DNA of 63,432 nucleotides, the filler included, from Sluysia triapertura (taxonomy: Eukaryota): NCBI GenBank assembly GCA_046118255.1. It is 5 parts of 5 records of this genome, joined end to end, with 100 filler letters (N's around TTAATTAATTAA, not from the genome) between each part and the next. Parts side by side here need not be neighbours in the genome. Positions count along the whole stretch, not along the records: positions 25,296 to 36,607 come from JBJNIA010186112.1; 4 more parts are not named here. One strand, written 5' to 3'. A program made the translations under genes and the position numbers. The notes beneath the pieces are model-generated. The model was not told where the DNA came from, did no database searches, and saw nothing but the letters and a program-made list of their open reading frames with translations. Below, one piece after another: positions 25,630 to 36,707 of the stretch (position 1 is its first letter; each line of letters opens with the position of its first letter).

Positions 25630-26660
25630 TAGTAACAATTATTGGTTGTCCAACCAAAACTACCGTTTACATTATTGTCATCTTTATTGATTGGACAACC
25701 AATAAAAGTATAGACTATTTTAGTTAAATGATTATCAGTAATGATAGTAAATGGTATATAAAAATTGATAGTTCATTCCTGATAGTGATATCTATTAAAT
25801 ACGATTAACGAACTTAAAATAATTGATTTGTAAATTAAAATAAGCTGAAAATTAAAATAAACTAATAATGAGAATAAATGATAATAATAACAAATTATAG
25901 AAAATATAAAAACGCATAAATATTTTCCTTTTTATACACGAACTTTCTGTTGAATTAACATCCTTTCTTTACATATTAATCTTTTGCTTATAAGTGTGAA
26001 TGTTATTGTGAAATGTGATAAAAATATGGCTTTGAAATGTTTTGAGTGAAAATAAGATTGAATGTTGAAATCGTGGATTAAAATGTTCTGAATAAACTTA
26101 AAACTGAAATTACGGTTTGAATGTTGAAAACTTATGAATTAAAATGTTTTAAGATATTAAAAATGATTTTGGAGAATCTGAAAGAATTGAAATATATCAA
26201 TGGTCTTGTTACTTTCTAAAAGTAGTTGTGAGATGTAAACAAATGTGATTATGGTTATGCTGTTATAGAACTATGAGTAAAATGTTTGAATTTTTTTAGA
26301 TGTCTGTTATTACTCTGAAAGTTTATGTACTTTTAATGTTATGAAGTACGAAATAGAGATGTTTTGAGAAGGTTAGGATAAGATTTTAGTGGAAGTAAAG
26401 GAAATAAAATGTAAAAAGGTTTAGATGTAAGAATAGTTAAAATATTATGGAATGTGATTTTATGTAAAGTGTGTTGAATTAATTTTGCAGTATTTTGGAT
26501 TAACGTTTTTTAGTAAATCTTTGATGATTTTCGGTATTGAATGTGAATCTGATGTTATGAAATTTTATGTTTAGAAGTATTGAGAATTATGAAATGTTTT
26601 GAATAGAAATTTTTGTGTGTTATTGGAATAAAATTTCAAATCATTGAGTTGGCCACCACA
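25630..26660 (-). repeat. TGTGGTGG-headed hairpin module, full copy 3 (reverse orientation)
   Basis: TGTGGTGGCCAA starts at 26660 on the minus strand, followed by a tract that is G-rich on + (~25990-26650). The minus-strand motif aatatgtaaag...agaaagttcgtgt lies at ~25935-25978. Inverted repeats at 25733-25744/25773-25784 (11/12) and 25639-25653/25691-25705 (15/15). Confidence 0.75.
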
Positions 26661-29600
26661 GTGTGAACGTAATAATGCAAAGATAAATGTTGATTTCAAA
26701 TGTTTTATTTTGGTCATTATTGTTTATTGCAAAGCAAAACTGATTTTCGTGAGATTATTTGGTAATCTTAATATTTTTAGTTATCATTGATTTTACTATA
26801 TCATTTTTATAATGTTTGTTTAAATTATTCTTTATGGTTTCATTAATAATTGGTACAATAAAATTAAATTGTCGTGAGTGACCATTTATCTACATTTATT
26901 GTTTCGTTGGTAGTAAGTATCCATACGTTTATAGTTGGTAATGTTAATTTAGTTTGAAAACTTAATCTAATTGTTTGCTTAATTCAGAAATGTTTTCTTT
27001 ATTAGTATCATTTTATAATAATCGAATTGTTCAATATTGTTTTGGTTATTCTAAGTTAAGTTCAACAATTATTGCTGTTAAAGAACAATTCATCCATTGT
27101 TTACTAAAATTACCGAAAAATAGGTAGGGTTTGGTTTTTATCCAATAATGTTGCATAAATATTAATCTATTGGTTAGTTCTATGATTATCTTAACTTTAT
27201 ATAATTGAAACTCAAATAGTTCTTCAGAAGTTATTATCCAATACTTTATGGTTTTATATAGACCAATTATTTAAACAACATTTTATAGATAGACTAATTA
27301 ATTTCTTATCTATTTCTTTGGCAACAACTAAAATCTCATCTTCTTTGGCTTAGATAGATAAATGTATGTCGTTATAATACATAGTGGTTATACAGGTTGG
27401 AAAAATGCATAGCAATACTGATGATATTTGTATTCCATTATAGTGTGTTGGTAATCTTAAGTCTGTATTATATTCATATAATGGAGATGGCATTATATGG
27501 CTGTCCTGGAGGAGCAGAAAAATTATTAATTCTTGGAATTGAATAGTGATTATGAGCGTCGTCATTAGAGGATGAATTCGTATATTTGCATTTATTCATA
27601 ATGAACATCATAATCATAATGCAATAGTAAATAATGTTGCGGCAATTATTAAAATTCTTAATGATAGACCTTTTCGTAATGAATCTAAAATTGTTGAATC
27701 TTTCTTATCCCATTGAATTGCAAAATGGAGTTTAATAATTTTAGCATGACTTTATAAAAATTATTATGTCTTCAGAAAGCAAACAATCCTTACAAATCGT
27801 TACATGACATTCCGTATTAGGTATTGTATGTTTGTGTATTTCCCATTTACTAAAATTAAGTCTCGCTGGACTGATACATATGTAGTGTGCTTTAATATCG
27901 GTTTTTGTCATTTTAATTTGTACTTCTGTATCATAATTGTAAAAGTCAAAGTATTTTGATCTATAAACTCTGATGCATTTGTAATTGTTAAAGTAAGTAG
28001 TACATTATTAACTTTCATGATTTTATTGCAGATAAGTATGAAATAAATAGTAAATAACATATATCAACAGTGATGTTATGAAAGCATTTTTTATGTCCAG
28101 CTTTCCTTTCTTAAAACTCTCTAATGTATCGTTACTCAGTTTATTAGTGACATTGGTTTTTTACTTACTACCGTTGTTGATGATGTATGGTAATTTCTTA
28201 CTTGTTAAAACATGTTTTCTATTAAATATATATCTGTTAAATTTAAGATTGTTGATTTATTACAGTATGAAAACCCTATTATTGTAGTGAAATAAATTGA
28301 ATGTTCACATTGAAAAATATTATCTATTATTGAAGGTTTCTTTATCGATAATAGTTTGAAGTATATGCAATATATGTCCAAGTTATAATTAGGAACTTCG
28401 TTTCTACTATAAATTTCTACTGTCCAATATCGATTAAAAATATTTGTCAAGAAGATTTCTTGTTTAGTATCGATATATTTTGTTAAATTTGAAGGGTAAG
28501 ATGTTACTATTATTATTAATTGAATAAGTAATAATATACAAGTTATTATATAGAGAAATTTTTACTTTGAATTCCTCTTATACATATTATGCTACTGCTT
28601 TTGCTACTATATTATTACCATTGTATGTTTCTACACCGATGTATTTGATTGAGAGGTTGAAGAAATAGTAGTATTCCACCAGTCGAGATTTTCTTAATTT
28701 GGAGTTGGCGTTCGTGGTCTTGATGGATTTAATAACAGGTGCAATATCTTCACTTTACATTAACGGGGTATGATCTACCTTAATTATAACAAAGGAATAA
28801 TAAACAAGATCATGAATTATAATATATTGTTGTGCACCAAAATGGTACACTTTATAACAAGGATAAAATAGAAAATACTTAATAAAAGGTTTACACAAAA
28901 TTTTACTTGATAGATACAGAATGTTAATGACTTTGTAGTATTGCCAGATTTTTTGAGCTTAAGACACCCGTACTTATTGAATGTTTGTAACATTTTATGA
29001 TAATATCTCTTTTAATAACAGTTGTAATAAACTTTTTTGTAGTTAGGAGATATATATATATATATATTTCAGGGTTGTATCAATTATTTCTAGAAACCAT
29101 TCCCATAGGAATTTTTGTATAATTCACGTAAGGAGAATCATTATCTGTTCCAAAATTGCCAGAATGACCTTGTTTCATTTTCGACATGACACCAGTTTCA
29201 CACTTACCAAGTCAATCATAAATTCAAACAATGTTAATTGACCATTTTCTGCATTATCGAACGAATCAAAAACTACTCCTAATTGTTCTTTTACAATTTC
29301 GATAAATCGTTTCAATAAATCAGCATTCAGATGTCTGATTAAATTTAAAATAAGGTCTGACTAATTTTATCATTCCAATAACGTACAAATTTTATAAGTT
29401 TCCTTTTTAAGGCTACCGTAATTTAAAATAATTTTTTAAGATCTTGAATAGTTCTGATACTTTACGCAACACTAAAATGATATCTTTCACGTTAACTTTC
29501 ACCATGTTTATCTTTTATTGATGGTAAAATAAGATCTCGACTTGGAAACTGATACCGCCGAATCAGCGCAAAAATAATGATAAACTTTGGATAACTCTTG

Positions 29601-29836
29601 CTATTAAATGTATGGAATAATTTTCATTGATCTAAATTCACTCTCAAATAATGACAAACGACTTTTACATTGATTTTCTTTTAGTTTCTTCATAATTTGA
29701 AACATGATCCTTTGAAGTATTGACAAATACATTTACAGTAGTACTACTTTCATAATTTATCACACTTTAAAAATTAAATAATGAATTAAGCCACCACAAT
29801 CCAATTTTTAAAATGTTAATATTATTAATTGTTTAG

Positions 29837-29986
29837 TCTGAAGATGACAAAAGTACAATCGATAATTTAATGAGAGAACGAGATTTTTATTTCAACAAGT
29901 TACGTGATATTGAAGTGCTTTGTCAAGAAGAAGGTGAAAATAATCAAATTGTTGCAAAAGTATTAGAAATATTGTATGCCACTGAG
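29837..29986 (+). CDS. EB1: Microtubule end-binding protein EB1 (RP/EB family), penultimate exon
   Basis: SEDDKSTIDNLMRERDFYFNKLRDIEVLCQE...KVLEILYATE is the EBH domain. TAG acceptor, GTAAG donor, 150 nt, phase 0. Confidence 0.95.
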
Positions 29987-31566
29987 GTAAGTTTTTGTTA
30001 TAATTAATTTTAACTGTCTACTAGTTATTAAATTAAGTGACTAATGTAATTTTTAATTGCTCCCGAATGATTCATGCTGTAATGGTAATGGTAATTATAA
30101 TAAAAATAAATTTTCATCATTTAAAGTATTACTACGAAAACATTTTTTCGTTGGCTTAATCATCGTGGTTTAATTTATATTTATAAATATTCGCCATAGC
30201 ATTGCCGTCCAGCCGTTTTAATTTTGGTTACTAAAATTGAATGGATCCTATTGTGTTTTAATATTCTGCAAGTCGATTAAAATATATAAATATATAAGAT
30301 TTAATAACTGCATCTGTAAGAAATTTATTATGTAGGCGATTTTAATGTATTACAAGCGATGAAAGAAAATTTATCTAACGTATGTAAATTTATGATTGAT
30401 AAGAGCTACTTCGATCTGCATCTATTACAAATTCTAATATCTAACAGCATTTTTTACTTACTGAATAGGTCTTCCTCTTGGATTGGTTTCCAAATTTCAA
30501 CCAATTATTATGAAGGTTTTTTCAGATTTGTGCACTGAGCTTGTAACAATTATGCTATCATCAGAATTTTTATCAATTCATCTTTCCATTTTAAATATTT
30601 TTAATGCAGTTAGTAATGTTTTTTAGAATAATAGAAACATTAAACATTAAATAAATAACTACATATAATGTATTGAAGTATAATAATAACTACAAGAAAA
30701 GCCAGATTCTCAAGCATATACGAAATGTGAACTTAATTTTATTTAACTTATTATATTTGATATTCCTTGCCTCATACGCGATTTTCAACATATTTTATGT
30801 ACATTTTTAGAGGTAAATCTGAATAATCTACTTTCATAATTTTCTTTGGTTTTGATTTCAATGCGATTGGAACATTTTAAGGAATTTCAAGATCCTTTTA
30901 ACTTTAGAAACTTGCAAAAGCAAACAATTGCAAATTTCTATCAACTAGGCTTTAATGCCATTCATATTAAATCTGAAAAGAAGTTTTTTCAAAATACTGA
31001 AACACTATATAATTTAGTAGCAATATTCTAAAATATAAATTAAAACAATTTTTGTTTCTACATTGTATGATTGGTTTAACTTATTATTAAAATGTTTAAG
31101 GCTTTACCTATTTTAGGTAGAAAAAAAATAATGGTATACAGTTTTTATATAACAAACAATTAAAAATGCAACCATTAAATTCAGTTTGTATATAGTAAAT
31201 TACATCAATTGAAATTTTAAATAACAGAAATCGTCTTAAATTAAATAAATAAATAATAGAATATTTATAGTAGTAAATTTTGTGTTATTTAATAATTTGA
31301 ATATTTATATTAAAAATAAAAGTGATCATTCTTTATCATTAATATTGTTTACGCTTTTCTTAATAAATAAAAGTGTTGTGAGTGTTTGTTAAATTATTTA
31401 TAATTTTGTTTAAAATTTTGATTTTGTTATTTCTAGTTTAATTCTCTAAGGGCCGAATTTTTTTTCCTAAATATAAAAAAATATTTATTTCGACATTTCA
31501 GGTTGATGGTGCTGTCAACCGTCATCAATATTCTTATTGGTTACTTCAGAGGCATAATATAATGAA

Positions 31567-33613
31567 CACTATTTCTACCACAATTTTGGATATACCTATT
31601 TCGACCAAAAAGTTTGAAAGAAAATAACAGGAAATAATATATATATATATTGTATGTGTGTATGTATGCATTTTAGTTACAAAATAACAAAACTATACAT
31701 TGTAACATTAACTTAACAAATTTTCGGTCTTCACACAAATTTAATATTCATTAGAAAAAATGATAATCACAATTAAACGCTGTAAAAGTAATTTCTTTAT
31801 TCAATACCACACTTTTTACATATGCATCTATATTTCTTGCACTGGAGTAAATTCTAATTGATCTATTACATGAGCATTGCTTTACTTAGCACTTTTTTTC
31901 CTTTTTTGAAAAGAAAATGATTTCACAAGGCCGTATTTGTTCTATCTTTACACTCAGCTGCGAGTTCTAACTGAAATAAAAAATTTCTCCGTGAAATGTT
32001 TTCACTTGTCACGTCTTTGTACAGAACCCATGCGTTTATTCCCATCAAATCGAGGATATTGTAACATACGTGCATGTGACATCTAAGATACTTGCCTTAG
32101 ACCCCAAATTTTGTGCTATTACAAAATTTAATTGTCTCTGTAAGACTTTTATTGCTATTTTCTATTTGTACAGATTTATCTTGAACTTAGTTAAAGTACT
32201 TTTTTGTTAGGCTTTTAAAAATTGTTAAAGTTGAACAATTAGATACGTAAAGTTGCACTGAGAAGCGTTTCATTTTATCCTTTCGTATTTTTACAGATTT
32301 TAGGAGTTCTCTTATTTTGGTGGATGGTTCCAACTAAATAAGTTTTTTTCTGTAAAAGCTTAGTTGATTGAGAACTAGTGAAAAAATTGTTTAATAGAAT
32401 TTCTGTCGCAACCAGTAAATGTTCAATGAGCTTCAAACCACATACATCCAGCGAAACTGATGCAGGTCTCGTTTCGTCTTTTCCAAAATATGGAAGCCCG
32501 TTACATCTGATGCTAGTCAAAATTTTATGCCAAATTTATCCGGTTTATTCTGCATGTATTGGGTGGGAAGAGTTGTTAGTCAACTGCTGGCTTATAATAG
32601 TTTTGACTGTTTTCAATGAATGAATACCATACTTTTGATACCAAATTTATCTTCTCCTAAACGTTGTCTTCGCTTGTCTTTTATCAAAGCGCAAGAATTT
32701 TAGTATTTCCATAAAGGAATTTCGACTCATGGTATTCGAAAAAATGAAGAACCCATTTCTTATTCCATAAAAACGATGTGTTGACATTTTTTTGCTCATA
32801 TGCACTATGAATATACAAAATAGCTTCTAATTTATCTCTAAGTAAACTGCATTCTTTTCCCAAAACTCTTTGTGCTTCCAATTCTGCATATGTGCTGTAA
32901 CATGGTTGTCAAATAGTAAATAATATGTTGTGCTTACCTTACCATTCATAATATTTCTTTTGGCATGTCCAGTTGAACCAGGTGGTCTCCCGGAAGAGGA
33001 ACATATTTCGATTTTCTTCGAAACTGTACCATCTATAGCAATTTCATTATTCTCCTGTTCATTATTTTCTTTACTGTCGTCTTCAGAATCTGTCAGCAAC
33101 GTAATTCTATTTTGTCTTCTACTTGCACTCAAATTATCTTCCTCTTTTTCAGTGTTTGACGACATTTTCACATTCGCTATTCTTGATTTTATAGTCACTT
33201 TCGGAAAATTCAGATTGTGAATCTTCGTCAATCTGAGAGTGTTTTTCACTTACATTATTTGTTTTGTGCAATACCTCTTTCATTTTTGAAATTATAGACA
33301 ACCTTAGAACTAGATATAAACTAACCAATATTATAAACACTCTTATTTACACACCTGAAATAGCAATTTCAACAAATTTTACACGACTGTACATTTTATT
33401 TGACGTCAATGCGAAGGAAATACCAAAACTCCAAAACTACCAGGTACGCATATTTAGATTTAGGATGAGCAGTAGGGAAATTAAACCGCTAAATAAATTT
33501 AACAATTATATGAAAAGTCAAAACATGTATTGAGAAAAATGGTTAAACTTAGAAAATAATTTCAAATTAAAATGTTAAAAAGGTGTCTTTTGGCACCTTT
33601 GATAGAAATAGTG
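31567..33613 (-). mobile_element. piggyBac-family (PGBD4-like) transposon relic inside the last EB1 intron
   Basis: TIRs CACTATTTCTA / TAGAAATAGTG are flanked by TGAA (mutated) and TTAA. Decayed transposase motifs include acidic N-terminus, KPDKFGIKF, NGLPYFGKDE, NNFFTS, YLVGTI and YNILDL.GINAWVLYK. Confidence 0.88.
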
Positions 33614-34334
33614 TTAAGACGTACTCATATTGTGAAAAACTAAAGCTTCTTAGTAAAATATGGATGTATTAATTTGTGATCTGAAAGTTACATGGACGCG
33701 TATAGGTTTAAATGGTATTAGATTAATTTTTATTGTTTATTATTTGTAAGTTTTTTAAAAGTATTTTGTAAGCTTAATTCATTTTCGTCTCTATTATAAA
33801 GGAATTAAAAATGAAAATTATATGAAAAAAAGAATAATATTCAAATATTTATATCTTTATTTATAAAATGTATTATTTTTCCGTAAACTGCAATGCGAAT
33901 ATAAAAAAATATTTTAAAAAAATGAATTATTTTAAATATTTTAAGTATACAATTTTTAGAATAAAATTAGATTTTTATTTTTAAAGCATGTTTATAATTT
34001 ATATTTATGATTGTAATCCTAGTTATAATTAAATTATGTAATTAGTTATATCAGCTTCAATTTACAATAAGTATAAATTTTCATTGAAATTATATAAATC
34101 TTTGTAACTTTCTTGTGCTAGTTTGGGTATGTTGGTTTATTTTCATTTTAAACAATATTAATAAATTTTAATAATATTAGTCATAATAATAATAAAATAA
34201 AGCGAAAATAATTTTTAAAATACAGCTAATATAAAACCAAACTATTTTAGTAATCTCAGTAACTTCAAATAAACAGCATAAAAGCATAAAGATATTTTTC
34301 ATATTTGGAATTATAATTAAAGTTATATTTTCAG

Positions 34335-34376
34335 GAAGGATTTGCTCCACCGGAAGAAGAAAATGAAGAATTTTAA
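34335..34376 (+). CDS. EB1: EB1 terminal exon (EGFAPPEEENEEF*)
   Basis: TTTTCAG acceptor. Continues ILYATE-EGF and ends in the canonical EEY/F C-terminal motif with TAA. Confidence 0.93.
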   Translation, partial: EGFAPPEEENEEF

Positions 34377-34957
34377 ATGCATTGCTGCTGAAATTTAAAT
34401 GACCATAACATAAATATTAACAAAAAATTGACATTTCAAATCCTTTATGAGTATTTCTAATAAAATTCTAAATTTAGTGTATAACAACAACTTGTTTTAT
34501 GCTAACTTTGTACTGATTGATAATGATGGTAATGGTGATAATGATATGATAATAATCGATTGTGGGTGTCTGTTTAAAAAGTTGCTCTTTCTGTCTGTTC
34601 AATACCATGATGCTTTTAATTTTTACCAAATCATCATTAGCCACTCATTTACCATAGTAACTGACTTCATTTTAGAGTATGTATTATTTCATTTAAAATA
34701 TAAAATTACTTCTAGGTTTAACACTAAAATTTATTGATTTTAAAAAAATTAATTTATGTTATTATTACTTTATTATTTTTATTCTGATTAATTTTATTAT
34801 CTCTATTATTATTTTAATATTTTTATTAATTTTTTGTTTGTTTTAAAAATATGCAATTCGAACAATGTATATGTTTCAATTTTTAGTTCACTTTGATATT
34901 TTTTGATCTACATAGTTCTGAAATCTAATTTAACAAAGACATTTTAATTTTGAATTA

Positions 34958-35941
34958 ATGGATGTTTACGATAATTCTAATTCTGTGAGTCAATTGAACG
35001 ACTTGTGTAAAGCTGCCAGAGTGCAAGTTTACCGGATTGGAGCTGATCAAACGACATTCAAAAATCAAGAATTACCACTGGCTCTTAATTTTGCAACGGT
35101 TCAAAATAGTGAATATTTAAATAATGGTAAGTTATTGGAAAAGATATTGAACAATTTAGAAAATAAAGAATTAAACGAGTTACTGTTTTTTTGTTTATGC
35201 ACAGAAGATGCACGATGGCGTTGCTTTGGTTGTTACAAAGTTTTTCGTAGAGTAACAGAAATGTATCATTTCTACCTGCGATGTAATACTGTTCATAACA
35301 TTGATGGTAAGACAATTACGATCTAATTATCTTTTATCAATTTAGGTGTTAGTATCGTGTCCAGAACTACTCTCAAAGCTAACTATTTTGAATCCATATG
35401 CGATTCCACAATTAACACTCATGCCTCTGACTTTTATCTAGATGAATCTAGATCGTATATTTACAAGATAACTAAAGTGAGATCATGCATTGTAAAGATA
35501 ACTAAAGTGAGATCATGCATTGTAAAGATGACTAAAGTGAGATCATGCATTGTAAAGATGACTAAAGTGAGATCATGCATTGTAAAGATAACTAAAGTGA
35601 GATCATGCGTTGTAAAGATAATTAAAGTGAGATCATGCATTGTAAAGATAATTAAAGTGAGATCATGCGCCGTGACGATTAATAAGTCAAAAACGTATGT
35701 TCAAATGATAATTAAAGTAGGAGCATACGTTGTAAAGATAATTAAAGTGAGATCATACGTAGTAACGACTAATAAGCTAAAAACGTATGATCAAATTATA
35801 AATAATGCACGATCATACGTCGTAAAGATAATTAAAGTGAGATCATACGTCGTAACGACTAATAAGCCAAAAACGTATGTTCAAATGATAATTAAAGTAA
35901 GAGCATACGTCGTAAAGATAATTAAAGAGCACACGTCGTAA
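34958..35941 (+). CDS. Orphan gene: exon 34958-35306, short intron from 35307, second exon possibly reading into a 10-aa repeat
   Basis: ATG-initiated ORF with a degenerate finger RCFGCYKVFRRVTEMYHFYLRC and a GTAAG donor at 35307. An acceptor at 35345 removes the in-frame stop and joins ORF 35357-35941. An alternative acceptor at 35352 gives the short tail VSCPELLSKLTILNPYAIPQLTLMPLTFI*. Confidence 0.45.
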
Positions 35942-36030
35942 AGATAAATGAAGTGAGATCATGCGTCGTAATGACTAGTAAGCCAAAAATGTATGTTCTA
36001 ATGATAATTAAAGCAAGACCATATGTATCA
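35450..36030 (+). repeat. 30-nt minisatellite with a 90-nt higher-order structure
   Basis: Seven units of agatcatgcattgtaaagataactaaagtg type, then about four cycles of three distinct 30-mers. A 4-nt deletion lies near 35928. Confidence 0.95.
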
Positions 36031-36607
36031 ATTAGTTACTTGGCCGAACGGAAGTATATCCTCGCGCGGATTTGGAAGGATGTTGGTACATTTCCTTGGT
36101 ATGTTGGCTCCGTATTTCTTCCAATCAAGGAAGATAATCAGTTGGCGTTTCCTGTTTTCAATTCGTTAGGATATTCACATTTTTTATTTATTCTACATAA
36201 TTTCAAAAACTTTCGTGTTATTCTATTTCTAACATTTAGTAAAAGGAACATTATTCTTATATATGATGCCTCGCTTATAACCTCCTATATTTTTAGTAAA
36301 TAAGTAACTAAATATATATTTGTTGTCCGTTATATTAGATTAATTTTACTTAATAATAGAATCAATTTCAAATATTGTATATTTTAAAAGACCTTAAGTC
36401 TTATTTTCCCATAAAAATGATTACAAGTTTAAACTTTAAATACATCATTGATATAACTCGGCCATTACACTTTTGAACCTTTAAACGTTCTCGAAGTCTT
36501 GATAAGCATTTAAGATCTTCGAACAATAATGTAAAGTGTATAATATCTTTAAAATGATTGAGAAATTTAATCTTTGTTCAAAATATGAATATAAGTTCAT
36601 TGTAGTA

Positions 36608-36707
36608 NNNNNNNNNNNNNNNNNNNNNNNNNNNNNNNNNNNNNNNNNNNNTTAATTAATTAANNNNNNNNNNNNNNNNNNNNNNNNNNNNNNNNNNNNN
36701 NNNNNNN
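36608..36707. other. Artificial spacer
   Basis: N44-TTAATTAATTAA-N44. Confidence 0.97.

Noticed and set aside
12120-33220. Short antisense ORFs over transposases (e.g. 12120-12329, 12411-12629, 32378-32623, 32930-33220) and many 60-100 aa I/L/F/N/K-rich ORFs
   Set aside because: These are shadows of real coding strands or chance frames in AT-rich DNA, many with non-ATG starts.
35450-36030. An alternative frame of the 30-nt repeat reads like a natural hydrophilic protein (KDNxSEIMRR) if TAA/TAG encoded Gln, suggesting stop-codon reassignment
   Set aside because: EB1 ends in TAA exactly after its EEF motif and the EF-hand gene also ends in TAA. The conserved exons contain no in-frame TAA/TAG and use CAA/CAG for Gln.
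35450-36030. CRISPR-like array
   Set aside because: Units are contiguous with no unique spacers. The context is eukaryotic and there are no cas genes.
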